Of a stretch of DNA of 64,000 bases, positions 36,067-45,506 are shown piece after piece. The notes beneath the pieces are model-generated. The model saw only the letters and a list, made by a program, of their open reading frames with translations, was not told where the DNA came from and ran no database searches. The DNA comes from a virus (taxonomy: Duplodnaviria > Caudoviricetes), in IMG/VR virus record IMGVR_UViG_3300044537_000257, positions 8,277 through 72,276 of that record. The stretch is one strand, 5' to 3'. Made by a program: the position numbers and the translations under genes. Within the stretch, counting starts at the first letter, position 1, and every line of letters starts with the position of its first letter.

Positions 36067-36258
36067 GTGCCAAAAAAAATTAAATGGCTCGAAAAGGCAA
36101 GGCTAAATCAAGATTTATCCTATCTAGAGGCTTCCCGCAATATCGGTATCTCAAAGCAAGCCTACTGGAGTGTTGAGACCGGTAGACGCAACCCGTCCGT
36201 TAAAACCGCTAAGGCAATAGCCGGATATTTTGGCTTTGATTGGACCAAATTTTTTTAA
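36067..36258 (+). CDS. Cro-like HTH protein
   Basis: Divergent from CI; LSYLEASRNIGISKQAYWSVETGRRNPS. Confidence 0.88.
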   Translation: MPKKIKWLEKARLNQDLSYLEASRNIGISKQAYWSVETGRRNPSVKTAKAIAGYFGFDWTKFF

Positions 36259-36266
36259 GCTGAATA

Positions 36267-36280
36267 TCAACATATGTTGA
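36267..36280. promoter_or_regulatory. Distal operator (perfect palindrome)
   Basis: TCAACATATGTTGA downstream of cro. Confidence 0.65.
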
Positions 36281-36299
36281 TAAACCCGAGGTGATAACG

Positions 36300-36608
36300 A
36301 TGGCAGAAACAATTGAACAAATGACCGAACGAGTTGTTCGCGAGGAGGTTCGTCGCAAACTTGACGCGCAGGACTTCGGATTAGCCGGACGGATGTGGAA
36401 TATTGACGATCTGCGCCAGTGGCTTGGCGGCAAAGATAAAGCCTGGGTTAAAGACAACACCGTCTTTAATCCTCGGTTTAGCCGAGAAATCCAAGCAATG
36501 ATCGATGATAAAACGATTATCGAGGGTCGCCGCGGTAAGTCATGGCTGTTTAAGGCCGATCGATTTGCTGCGTGGCTAGACAAGCATTGGCAAGACTTTA
36601 ACTGGTAA
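36300..36608 (+). CDS. DUF771-like protein (excisionase-like)
   Basis: GRMWNIDDLRQWLGGK...W.K......P...W.FKA. Confidence 0.75.
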   Translation: MAETIEQMTERVVREEVRRKLDAQDFGLAGRMWNIDDLRQWLGGKDKAWVKDNTVFNPRFSREIQAMIDDKTIIEGRRGKSWLFKADRFAAWLDKHWQDFNW

Positions 36609-36621
36609 GGAGGTGATTTAA

Positions 36622-36735
36622 ATGGTTTGGACAGTGGACATGGCAAGTTTTACGTTTGGTATTTTGATTGGTTTTTTACTCTTTACGGCTTTTCGGGGCC
36701 TTTATCATCTGGGGAAAAATAGCCCAAAAAAATAA
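36622..36735 (+). CDS. Small single-TM protein (37 aa)
   Basis: AAGGAGGTG SD; not in ORF track. Confidence 0.55.
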   Translation: MVWTVDMASFTFGILIGFLLFTAFRGLYHLGKNSPKK

Positions 36736-36834
36736 GCCACTGGCGGCAACCAGTGACTAAACCGCGAATAAATCGCGGACAAACAAAATATATTTACACC
36801 TTGAGTATAACATACTCGAGAATGGAGGGACAAC

Positions 36835-37449
36835 ATGAGATGGACGGAGGAAAATTGCAAAAAATTAGTTAAGAAAATTGATTTAGCCGAAACTAATGAA
36901 GTTTTGAATACCAAAGCGCTAGCAAAATATTTTGGTGTTAGCAACCAAGCAATCGGTAAAAAGGTGTGGGAATTACGCCAGGCCGGACGTTTACCTAAGG
37001 TTGATAAATCACTGCAAATTGATGCTTACCGACGGCCTTACACTAGCCGCGAACTACGTTTTATCATTGGCGCAATAAACGCGGGCCAAACCTGTAGCCA
37101 GGTCGCGGAACTGTTAGACCGTACTTATGCTGGGATCAATAGGCAGGTCTGTAATTTGATCCGTACTGGTCAACTTGCACCACGTACGACTAGCTGGTCA
37201 CCAGAACAAGATGACTTGATCATGAGTACAATTAAGCTTGATGCTAACGGATGCGTGGACAATTACCCAGAACTAGCAAATGCACTAGATCGATCTTACG
37301 TTGTGATCCAACGCCGGATATACCGCCTAAGAAAGCTGGGTAAGTTGCCGCCAGTGACCGGTCCATCGATAAGAGGACTAGAGGCGTGTCGGCGCTCGCA
37401 TCAACGTATCTTTGCCAAAGCTTCACGGGGGGGCGTACTAAATGGATGA
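36835..37449 (+). CDS. Hypothetical protein with repeated HTH-like units
   Basis: Three W/Y-T-x-E...LA..L.R units. Confidence 0.7.
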   Translation: MRWTEENCKKLVKKIDLAETNEVLNTKALAKYFGVSNQAIGKKVWELRQAGRLPKVDKSLQIDAYRRPYTSRELRFIIGAINAGQTCSQVAELLDRTYAGINRQVCNLIRTGQLAPRTTSWSPEQDDLIMSTIKLDANGCVDNYPELANALDRSYVVIQRRIYRLRKLGKLPPVTGPSIRGLEACRRSHQRIFAKASRGGVLNG

Positions 37450-37517
37450 AAATTTTGACCATGGAACGGAATATGAGTCAGCCTTAGTGATGCTTAAAGA
37501 AGCAGGGAAGTGACTCA

Positions 37518-37706
37518 ATGGATAAATGGCTAGCCTTTTTAAATGGGCTTTGGACTATGTTGTCTATCATTACACTAGCGATCGTGTTGATAGCTGATGA
37601 AGTCACCGTTAATCATATCCCCATTGTAGGTAGACTAAAACTGATTGTGATAGCGACATGCATCATTGTCATTGCTTGGAATATCGTAAAGATGATCAGA
37701 CTGTAA
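37518..37706 (+). CDS. Small two-TM protein
   Basis: Hydrophobic 62 aa ORF. Confidence 0.55.
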   Translation: MDKWLAFLNGLWTMLSIITLAIVLIADEVTVNHIPIVGRLKLIVIATCIIVIAWNIVKMIRL

Positions 37707-37722
37707 AAAACTAAGTTTAGGA

Positions 37723-37986
37723 GTGATTGATGTGAAAGTTAGAATCACTACTGTTGATGATGACCAAGGCTGGTTAGATGCCGCCGGGATACCTTATAAA
37801 GCCAACGATATCATAGAAATGACCAGAGATGAGTTTGATCAATTAAATCGCTATGCCGCTAATATCAACAACGAAGTTTGCGGGCCAGCAATCAGTGTAG
37901 AAGACGTTACCACGTTACAAGAAAATGGTGCCGAAGCAATTGAATTAATGCAACGCTTTGATGAAAAAATTAATTTAGGGAGATGA
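37723..37986 (+). CDS. Hypothetical accessory protein
   Basis: Follows junction motif and SD. Confidence 0.6.
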   Translation: MIDVKVRITTVDDDQGWLDAAGIPYKANDIIEMTRDEFDQLNRYAANINNEVCGPAISVEDVTTLQENGAEAIELMQRFDEKINLGR

Positions 37987-38219
37987 TCCGGGTGGCTTCT
38001 AGAGGGAAACACAAACGTATTTATGCGCTCTACCGCGGCGATCAATATATCTGTGACGGCACAGCGTACGAGCTGGCTACTGATACTGGTTTAAAAGCCG
38101 CAACCATCTTATGGTATGCCACAGGTGTCCGTCGGCGCCGGGTAGATAGCCAACAGAGAAAATCAAAGAAATCAATCATTGTTGAGCCGATTGGCTGGGA
38201 CGATGGCGACGATGATTAA
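37983..38219 (+). CDS. Small phage protein (YALYxGD family), paralogue A
   Basis: KRIYALYRGDQYICDGT; paralogue at 45079. Confidence 0.7.
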   Translation: MIRVASRGKHKRIYALYRGDQYICDGTAYELATDTGLKAATILWYATGVRRRRVDSQQRKSKKSIIVEPIGWDDGDDD

Positions 38220-38251
38220 GTTTAGAGCTGGATAAAAAAGGAGGCGGATAA

Positions 38252-38425
38252 ATGAAAATTAAAACCTTTTGGACGAATTGTACAGAGGACTCTGAATTTG
38301 ATGATAAAGTCAATCAATTTATTGAAGAAAAGCAAGTTATCCAGATTTCATCAAGTGACACAATATTGCCCTATGATGACCATAATCATACGCTAACCGT
38401 ACTTTACAAGGAGGCGGAAAAATGA
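38252..38425 (+). CDS. Small hypothetical protein (57 aa, MKIKTFW...DDKVNQFI)
   Basis: AAGGAGG SD, ATGA overlap with next gene; not in ORF track. Confidence 0.6.
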   Translation: MKIKTFWTNCTEDSEFDDKVNQFIEEKQVIQISSSDTILPYDDHNHTLTVLYKEAEK

Positions 38426-38781
38426 GCGTGCACAATTTAGAGCTTGCTAAAGAAAAAGACAAATTAAAACATACAATTTATCACGACTTTGTAAATACGA
38501 TAAACAAAAACAGCATTTACAAATCAATTTCTCTCGTGAAAATCAATAATGGCACTGATTTTTATGAGTGCGAGCCATATGATAGCGCGTATCGTTGCTC
38601 AAATGATGATCAATTCTTTGAAACATGCCAAAAAATAGAACGTGCTTTTAAGAGATATTATAAGAAAATTTTCGAAAAATATAATGTGAATAATATCGCT
38701 GTTGACATATACGATGAGTGGTCATGCAATGCCGGTTTAAGCGTATATGAGGATGGCAGTATAGATACAAGCAATTTTTAG
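38422..38781 (+). CDS. Hypothetical AT-rich accessory protein
   Basis: 119 aa ORF with SD. Confidence 0.6.
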   Translation: MSVHNLELAKEKDKLKHTIYHDFVNTINKNSIYKSISLVKINNGTDFYECEPYDSAYRCSNDDQFFETCQKIERAFKRYYKKIFEKYNVNNIAVDIYDEWSCNAGLSVYEDGSIDTSNF

Positions 38782-38809
38782 CATTATTTTTCGATGGGGA
38801 GGACGAAAA

Positions 38810-39322
38810 ATGAGCGAAGAAAAACTGTACGCGGTAAAGAACGATGAAGGCGAATACTGGGACACGGGTATGCCACCTTGGTGGAACGATAAGACAGGAA
38901 GTGTTTTCAAAAGAATTGATCTCGCGCTTAGGTGGGCAAAAAAATATGACGGTCATGTTGTCACTTTGATTGAGGAGCCTGAAAAGGTAGTCCTAACCAA
39001 AGAGCAAGCCGAAATCGTTGAAAATGCGCATGATGAAGAATTTCCGGCAACTTATATTTCTGGACATGCTGGTGGTGAAGAAGAGCTGTTGATGAATGCT
39101 TACGTCAACGGATACACCGTGGAAAAGGAGAAGAAGTACAGTGTGTGGGTGCCACACGTCAAAGGAAAAATGTACTACAAAGATGGGCGTGGAAGCGACG
39201 ACCTTGATATTACAAGTGCATATTTCATGAACCACAAAAATCAGCAGTTCACCGAAGCAGAGATCGAACATTACGGACTGGGAGACTGCCAGAAAGAAGA
39301 GGTGACTGACGATGAGCAATGA
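38810..39322 (+). CDS. DUF1642-like protein
   Basis: MSEEKLYAVKN...EPEKVVL..EQAE...LMNAYVNGY.VEKE...FTEAEI. Confidence 0.75.
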   Translation: MSEEKLYAVKNDEGEYWDTGMPPWWNDKTGSVFKRIDLALRWAKKYDGHVVTLIEEPEKVVLTKEQAEIVENAHDEEFPATYISGHAGGEEELLMNAYVNGYTVEKEKKYSVWVPHVKGKMYYKDGRGSDDLDITSAYFMNHKNQQFTEAEIEHYGLGDCQKEEVTDDEQ

Positions 39323-39659
39323 GACGAAGCGGGACGTGTTGGTAGATGCTGTTGACGCGCTGGCTGATGCACAGGCAAGCGGTGGCAATGTCGGACACCA
39401 AGATGCAAATTTATTCATGGCTGAATACGAAAACGCCTTGCCAGATAATATGCCGGTTATTCCGCAGGCCGTGGGCGAGTACATCAAATGGTGTCAATCT
39501 GTTGGTGGCGTTCTAATCGATGCTTTCGCATTTACAAAAGGAGGCATCACGGAGAAGTGGATCTATGAACACGGCGATACTTTTGCCCGTGCATGGTTGC
39601 TGGGCGTCTGTAAGGTCGAAGAAACAGGCGAAATCGTGAAGTTGGAGGTGAACTTATGA
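39312..39659 (+). CDS. DUF1642-like protein
   Basis: PVIPQAVGEYI...FARAWLLG. Confidence 0.7.
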   Translation: MSNETKRDVLVDAVDALADAQASGGNVGHQDANLFMAEYENALPDNMPVIPQAVGEYIKWCQSVGGVLIDAFAFTKGGITEKWIYEHGDTFARAWLLGVCKVEETGEIVKLEVNL

Positions 39660-39865
39660 AGGAACCAGTTAATTGGTCAATATTTAATATTGATCCTTGG
39701 AATGGTAGCCAAGATGTAACGAAAGCTCAACTACAGGCTGAGTTTAAAAAGTATTCAGGAACGCCTAGAGAGTTTGCAAAAGAATTAGCACACCGTTTTG
39801 AATGGTCGGGATATATGTGTGAGCTTGCAGAGCAATGGGCTAGCCAAATTACTGATAAAAAGTAA
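39656..39865 (+). CDS. Hypothetical protein
   Basis: ATGA-coupled ORF with GGAGG. Confidence 0.55.
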   Translation: MKEPVNWSIFNIDPWNGSQDVTKAQLQAEFKKYSGTPREFAKELAHRFEWSGYMCELAEQWASQITDKK

Positions 39866-39884
39866 TTTTCAGGAGGTGAATCAT

Positions 39885-40031
39885 TTGGAAAGTTTAACAT
39901 CTAATCCACCACAGTGGGACCAATTACCGTGTCCTTACTGCGGTGGCAAGGTAATCTATGCAACCAACGCGAGAATTTATCATGGACGGATCTATGGTAA
40001 TGGTGATGCTGAAAAGGCGGTACCAGCATGA
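39885..40031 (+). pseudogene. Truncated zinc-finger (DUF3268-like) gene fragment
   Basis: CPYCGG...IYGNG then switches to the NGDAEKAVPA tail shared with 6323..6565; second Cys pair missing. Confidence 0.5.
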
Positions 40032-40159
40032 AATTTTTAACTGATGCTTTAACGGTTATCGCTGGCGCCGTGATTTGCTGGTGGACAATGGCGCTAGCAG
40101 GGATGTTCTTCCTGACTGTATTTAAGTACCTGGTCTGGTTCTGGTGGGCTATTAATTAA
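40028..40159 (+). CDS. Small hydrophobic protein (43 aa)
   Basis: Homologue of 6562..6693. Confidence 0.6.
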   Translation: MKFLTDALTVIAGAVICWWTMALAGMFFLTVFKYLVWFWWAIN

Positions 40160-40251
40160 AGGAGGTGAGGCAAATGGTGGTAATTAAAGCGATGCGGCAA
40201 CATCGCGGATAAACAAAATATAATTTACTCAAAAATCGGAGGTAACAAAAA

Positions 40252-40662
40252 ATGAAATTAACAGTTGATCTAAATAGTGACACAGATATTAAGGCTTCAA
40301 TCACTTTTTTGCAGCGCTTGCTTGGGGTGGATACGACCAAAATTAAAATGACAGTTGACGATAAACCTGCAGAAACCATCAACAGTGGAACCCTTAGCGC
40401 GAATCCAGTGGGGATTGCAGATAAGCCTAAACCTGAAACTAGCCCAGAAAAAAACGGTCCTGATCCAAAAACAACCGAAGCGGATGTTGCAGAACCAGAA
40501 GTCACCAAAGAGATGGTCCAAAAGCGCATGAAGACCATGCTTAAAGAGCAAAAACGTGCGGAGATGGTCGAGGCCCTATCCGAGTTCGGTGTCAAAAAAT
40601 TAAGCGAAATGACTGCCGATGTTTATCCAGAATTTTACGCCAAAATGGGGGAGCTGATGTAA
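40252..40662 (+). CDS. Hypothetical protein preceding DUF2800
   Basis: C-terminal FGVKKLSEM...Y motif typical of this position. Confidence 0.7.
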   Translation: MKLTVDLNSDTDIKASITFLQRLLGVDTTKIKMTVDDKPAETINSGTLSANPVGIADKPKPETSPEKNGPDPKTTEADVAEPEVTKEMVQKRMKTMLKEQKRAEMVEALSEFGVKKLSEMTADVYPEFYAKMGELM

Positions 40663-40663
40663 T

Positions 40664-41824
40664 ATGGCCAGTCCGACAACACACGCCAAGCTCAGCGCTT
40701 CGGGAGCGATGAAGTGGATCAATTGCCCACCAATGCTGTGGATGGAAGAAGGCTTGCCCGACACTACCAGCCCATATGCAGCGGAAGGGACCTTAGCCCA
40801 CTCCTTAGTCGAGGCTAAGCTAGCCCGTGAGACAGGTAAGATCACCGCTGCCGAGTACGATAAAAAACTAGTGCATATTAAGCAGAGTCAGTTTTATAAC
40901 CAATCTATGGAGGATTACACCGACGACCATGTCGCCTTAGTCCTAGAGGATTTTAATGGCACACCTGATGCCGATATATACCTGGAAAAGCGGGTCAATT
41001 TCAGCGACTGGGCTACTGGCGGTTTTGGGACTAGTGACACGATTATCGCTAGCGACGGTCAACTCCAGATCTGGGATTTAAAATACGGCAAAGGTGTTAA
41101 GGTCAATGCTGATCATAACTTCCAGTTGATGCTATACGCACTCGGCGCTTACGCTTTTTACGACGTACTGTACGGCTTTGAGTCAGTTAAGATGACCATC
41201 TCACAGCCCCGTATCGGCAATTTGAGCCAGTTTGAAATGAGTATGGACGATTTACTCAAGTGGGGCGAGGAGGTCGTTAAACCAGCCGCTGACGACGCAA
41301 TGAATGGTCGTGGTGAATGGGACTTTGAAGACCCGCACACTTGGCGCTTTTATAAGGCCGCTGGGTTTTGCCGGCACCTTGCTGAGAAAAATCTGGAGAT
41401 CCGCAAGTATGAGTTTAAGCAGGCCAACACACTTAAACCCGATGAAATTGCTGATATCCTTGATCAAAAAGCGGATATCGAACGCTGGCTTAAAGCCGTT
41501 GAGTACTATGCCATGAGCCAAGTTAAAGACGGTAAGCTAGTGGTTCCCGGCTATAAATTGGTCGAGGGTCGCAGTAATCGTAAGATCACCGATCCCGTCG
41601 CTGCCGAAACTGTTTTGCGTAAGCATGGCTTTAATAAGCGCGATATCACGGAGACAAAACTTTTATCGTTGACTGCACTGGAAAAGGTCACTGGTAAAGA
41701 TAAATTTACTCAGCTGCTTGGTGATTTAATACTCCGTCCAACGGGAAAGCCAACCTTAGTAACTGATGATGATAAACGCCCCGCGTTAAATTCAACTGCG
41801 GCGGCACAAGAAGATTTCGACTAA
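40664..41824 (+). CDS. DUF2800 PD-(D/E)xK (Cas4-like) exonuclease
   Basis: HAKLSAS...CP; FGTSD...IWDLKYGKG; QL.LYALGA. Confidence 0.9.
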   Translation: MASPTTHAKLSASGAMKWINCPPMLWMEEGLPDTTSPYAAEGTLAHSLVEAKLARETGKITAAEYDKKLVHIKQSQFYNQSMEDYTDDHVALVLEDFNGTPDADIYLEKRVNFSDWATGGFGTSDTIIASDGQLQIWDLKYGKGVKVNADHNFQLMLYALGAYAFYDVLYGFESVKMTISQPRIGNLSQFEMSMDDLLKWGEEVVKPAADDAMNGRGEWDFEDPHTWRFYKAAGFCRHLAEKNLEIRKYEFKQANTLKPDEIADILDQKADIERWLKAVEYYAMSQVKDGKLVVPGYKLVEGRSNRKITDPVAAETVLRKHGFNKRDITETKLLSLTALEKVTGKDKFTQLLGDLILRPTGKPTLVTDDDKRPALNSTAAAQEDFD

Positions 41825-41843
41825 AAGAAAGAGGTATTTAATT

Positions 41844-42446
41844 ATGACTGAAAACACAAACACAACTAAGGTAATCACTGATATTGTTCGCTTTTCATTT
41901 GTCCACTTGCTAGAACCCACATCATTCGAGGGTCAAGAACCAAAATACTCCGTTATGCTGCTGATCCCGAAGACTGATTCTAAGACATTAGGTAAGATCG
42001 AGGCCGCTCAAAAAGCAGCCGCTGAATTAGGTAAAAGCAAGTTCAAGAATAACAAAATCCCCGCTAAATTAAAAACGACGTTGCGCGATGGTGATGAGGA
42101 GATGGACACAGAAGAGTATCCAGAGTTTAAAGGGATGATGTTTATCAATGTCTCAAATAAAAACAAAGTCGGGATGGTCGGTACTCAGCGCGACGAACAC
42201 GGCAAATTAAAGCGGCTTGCCGAAGACCCCGAAGAAGTTTACTCAGGAATGTACGGTCGTGCGTCAATTAACTTTTTTGCCTTTAACACCGCCGGCAATC
42301 AGGGTGTGTCCGCTGGTTTAAATAATATCCAAAAAACCCGTGACGGTGATCACTTGGGTGGCGGCGCTGCGAAACCAGAAAATGATTTTGATGACTGGGA
42401 AGATGACACCGAAGATGCCGACATGGATGACGATTTATTAGATTAG
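41844..42446 (+). CDS. DUF2815 ssDNA-binding protein (gp2.5-like)
   Basis: VRFSFVHL...KYS..LLIPK...LRDGD...[12 protein letters not shown]; acidic tail. Confidence 0.9.
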   Translation: MTENTNTTKVITDIVRFSFVHLLEPTSFEGQEPKYSVMLLIPKTDSKTLGKIEAAQKAAAELGKSKFKNNKIPAKLKTTLRDGDEEMDTEEYPEFKGMMFINVSNKNKVGMVGTQRDEHGKLKRLAEDPEEVYSGMYGRASINFFAFNTAGNQGVSAGLNNIQKTRDGDHLGGGAAKPENDFDDWEDDTEDADMDDDLLD

Positions 42447-42460
42447 GGAGGTGCGGAAAA

Positions 42461-43081
42461 TTGAAATTAATTACAAATCAAAAATTAGAAGCAGCCTTTA
42501 AAAAAGTAGTTACAAAAGACGACGCACGAACGGCATTACAATGCTTACATTTTGATAAAGATGGCAGTGTTGTTGCTACGGACAGTCATGTACTGTTGCG
42601 CATTGAAGAGTTTCATAATCTAAATCAGAGTCTTAATTTAAATCTTAAAACGTTTTTGGAAGATGATTTGGATCGCTACCCAGAGACTAAGCGATTGATT
42701 CCTGAGTCGTTCGATTTTGAGCTACGAGTTGATAGCGACGAACTGGCGGATGCGTTGCCAGTAATTACTGGTATGACCAAGACCCGGGATAAGCAAGCAC
42801 TAGCGACCTTAAGTTGGGATGTTGAAGATCGTAAGCTAATGATCACCAGCGGTCAAGTTTCCCTTAATATTCCCGCTATTCAGACTGACGACTCTTCTTA
42901 TGACACTGATACAGATGTACTTGCTACCGTTAACCCAAAATATCTGGCACAGGCGATCGAATTTTATACCCAAGTTGCCGAAGTACCGGAAGTCACTTTC
43001 GGGTTTAATGGAGCACTGCGACCAATTGCTTTGACTTATGAAACGGCAACATACTTGATCACACCCGTACGAACTTTTTAA
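42461..43081 (+). CDS. Truncated beta-sliding-clamp (DnaN)-like protein
   Basis: VVATDSHVL, YPETKRLIP, VNPKYL, LRPI...YLITPVR match clamp domain II/III motifs. Confidence 0.6.
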   Translation: MKLITNQKLEAAFKKVVTKDDARTALQCLHFDKDGSVVATDSHVLLRIEEFHNLNQSLNLNLKTFLEDDLDRYPETKRLIPESFDFELRVDSDELADALPVITGMTKTRDKQALATLSWDVEDRKLMITSGQVSLNIPAIQTDDSSYDTDTDVLATVNPKYLAQAIEFYTQVAEVPEVTFGFNGALRPIALTYETATYLITPVRTF

Positions 43082-43135
43082 AAAACGAGAACAGGGACCT
43101 TTAACCGGGTCCCTGTTTTAGGAAGGAGGTTAAAA

Positions 43136-45082
43136 ATGGAACGCTTAAATATCGATATCGAAACATACAGCGAAGCTAACTTGCCGAAAGTCGGCGTTTA
43201 TCGTTATGTAAATGATCCCAGTTTTGAAATTCTGCTGTTTTCCTATGCCATCGATGGCGGTGAAGTAACCTGTATCGACCTCGCTAGCGGGGCCGTGATC
43301 CCCATTGAAATTGTCGCGGCTATAACCGATCCGGGGATTATCAAAGTCGCCTTTAACGCCCAGTTCGAACGAGTGGCGTTATCTAAGTTTTGTGGTCAGA
43401 CACTAGACCCGGAACAATGGCATGACACAATGGTCACCGCCAACGAATTAGGGTTAGGCGGCGGTCTAGGTCAAGTCGCTAAATTTCTAGGCATTGATCA
43501 GCAAAAGGACACCCGTGGCACAGCGTTGATTAATTATTTCTCAAAGCCTTGTAAGCCGACAAAAGCTAACGGGATGCGCACACGTAATCGACCAAGTGAC
43601 GCGCCCGACAAGTGGCTAATTTATATCACTTATAATCAGCAAGATGTGCGCACGGAGATGGCCATCGCCGACAAACTTGTAGGTTTTCCGGTTAAAAAAT
43701 CAGAGTGGCAACTTTACAGTATGGATCAGCGCATCAACGACCGTGGAGTAGGTGTGGACCAGCAGCTGGCTAGCGGCGCCGTCGAGATCATGACAGAGCT
43801 TAATAATCAAAACATTGCCCAGCTCAAAAAAGTGACTGGCTTAGATAATCCTAACAGCCTGGTGCAGTTTAAAGGGTGGTTAGCTGATCAGGGTTATCCC
43901 TTTGACAAGCTTGGTAAGGCGGTTGTGCAAGAGGCACTTGATAAAGGCGATTTATCTAACACGGTCGCGGAAGCATTAAGACTGCGGTTGAGCTTGTCTA
44001 ACAGCAGCACTAAAAAGTATCAGACCATGATCGGTGCCGCCGGTGATGACGGTCGCGTGCACGGACTGATGCAGTTTTACGGCGCCAACCGCACCGGGCG
44101 CTGGGCTGGACGGCTTGTCCAAGTCCAAAATTTACCGCGAAATTATCTTAACCCAGAGTTATTAGACTTTGCCCGTGAGTGCGTCAGAAACGGAGATACT
44201 GAGTCGATTGACTTGGTCTATGACTCAGTGCCGGACACACTTAAACAGCTCATACGGACAGCACTGGTGCCGGCAGACGGCAACAAACTTGTGATCTGTG
44301 ATTTTAGCGCCATCGAAGCCCGCGTGATCAGCTGGTACGCCAATGAGACCTGGTCGCTAGAAGAATTTGCCGACAATGAGGATATCTATAAGGCAACAGC
44401 TAGTCGTATGTTTGGGATTCCAAAGGCCGACATCGATAAGAAAATCCGACAACGGGGGAAAGTCGCCACATTGGCGCTGGGCTATCAAGGTAGCGTAGGC
44501 GCGTTAAAGGCAATGGGTGCGCTTGACATGGGCATTCCCGAAGATGAGTTGCAAGGTCTAGTTGATGCTTGGCGTAAGGCTAGCCCACATGTCGTTAATT
44601 TTTGGCATGATGTGCAGCGCGGCGTAGTCGATGTTGTCGAAAATGGTGGTGTCGCTCACATGCAGCGAGGGCTTAAAGCATTCAAAAAATCGGGCTTTTT
44701 GTTTATCCAGTTGCCGTCTGGACGACGTTTGGCCTACGCCAAAGCAGCGCTAGAGGACAGTGACTATGGTCCACGAATCACTTATATGGGTCAAGGGACA
44801 CACGTTGGTTTTACGAAACTGGAGACCTACGGCGGCAAATTGGTGGAAAACATTGTACAAGCGACCGCGCGCGATTTACTGGCTCAAGCGATGTACCGCC
44901 TAGAAAAAAATGGATATCCAGCAGTTTTCCACGTCCACGATGAGGTCGTAGCGGAAGTACCAGACAGCGATGATTTTAGCGTGGCTGCGATGCGTGAAAT
45001 TATGTGCCGGCCGATTAAATGGGCTGACGGATTACCGCTGAACGCAGCGGGATTTGAAACTTATTACTATAGAAAGGATTGA
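43136..45082 (+). CDS. Phage DNA polymerase, family A
   Basis: LNIDIETYS exo I; DFSAIEARV (motif A), RQRGKVATLALGY (B), VHDE (C). Confidence 0.95.
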   Translation: MERLNIDIETYSEANLPKVGVYRYVNDPSFEILLFSYAIDGGEVTCIDLASGAVIPIEIVAAITDPGIIKVAFNAQFERVALSKFCGQTLDPEQWHDTMVTANELGLGGGLGQVAKFLGIDQQKDTRGTALINYFSKPCKPTKANGMRTRNRPSDAPDKWLIYITYNQQDVRTEMAIADKLVGFPVKKSEWQLYSMDQRINDRGVGVDQQLASGAVEIMTELNNQNIAQLKKVTGLDNPNSLVQFKGWLADQGYPFDKLGKAVVQEALDKGDLSNTVAEALRLRLSLSNSSTKKYQTMIGAAGDDGRVHGLMQFYGANRTGRWAGRLVQVQNLPRNYLNPELLDFARECVRNGDTESIDLVYDSVPDTLKQLIRTALVPADGNKLVICDFSAIEARVISWYANETWSLEEFADNEDIYKATASRMFGIPKADIDKKIRQRGKVATLALGYQGSVGALKAMGALDMGIPEDELQGLVDAWRKASPHVVNFWHDVQRGVVDVVENGGVAHMQRGLKAFKKSGFLFIQLPSGRRLAYAKAALEDSDYGPRITYMGQGTHVGFTKLETYGGKLVENIVQATARDLLAQAMYRLEKNGYPAVFHVHDEVVAEVPDSDDFSVAAMREIMCRPIKWADGLPLNAAGFETYYYRKD

Positions 45083-45318
45083 TTCAAATGGCTTCAAGGG
45101 GGCAACACCATAAACGTATTTACGCCCTTTACAAGGGTGACACAAACCTTTGCGATGGAACAATCAAGGAACTAGCTCAGCAGCTGGGCGTCGCTGTCAC
45201 GACAATGAAGTTTTATGCATCGCCTACGTATCAGCATCGTAATCTAAAGCCCGGCCACGAAGCAGTAAATCGAATTATAGTGATACCAATTGGGTGGGAT
45301 GATGACGATGAGAATTAA
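45079..45318 (+). CDS. Small phage protein (YALYxGD family), paralogue B
   Basis: KRIYALYKGDTNLCDGT. Confidence 0.7.
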   Translation: MIQMASRGQHHKRIYALYKGDTNLCDGTIKELAQQLGVAVTTMKFYASPTYQHRNLKPGHEAVNRIIVIPIGWDDDDEN

Positions 45319-45505
45319 GCCAATTTATGCCGTCGCTTACGCCGATGATCCGACCGGGCCTACTAGAGATTATCTTTATCGGACCTATCACACAGCAGTC
45401 AAAAAGGCAGCTAAGCTAAATCAACGCGACGACACTGACAAATGGCGAGTCCTAGTCAGTATTGAGTGGCTTGATATTAAGTACCTTGGCGGAAAGGAGG
45501 GCTAA
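45290..45505 (+). CDS. Hypothetical protein
   Basis: Coupled ORF between paralogue B and primase. Confidence 0.5.
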   Translation: MGGMMTMRIKPIYAVAYADDPTGPTRDYLYRTYHTAVKKAAKLNQRDDTDKWRVLVSIEWLDIKYLGGKEG

Positions 45506-45506
45506 C

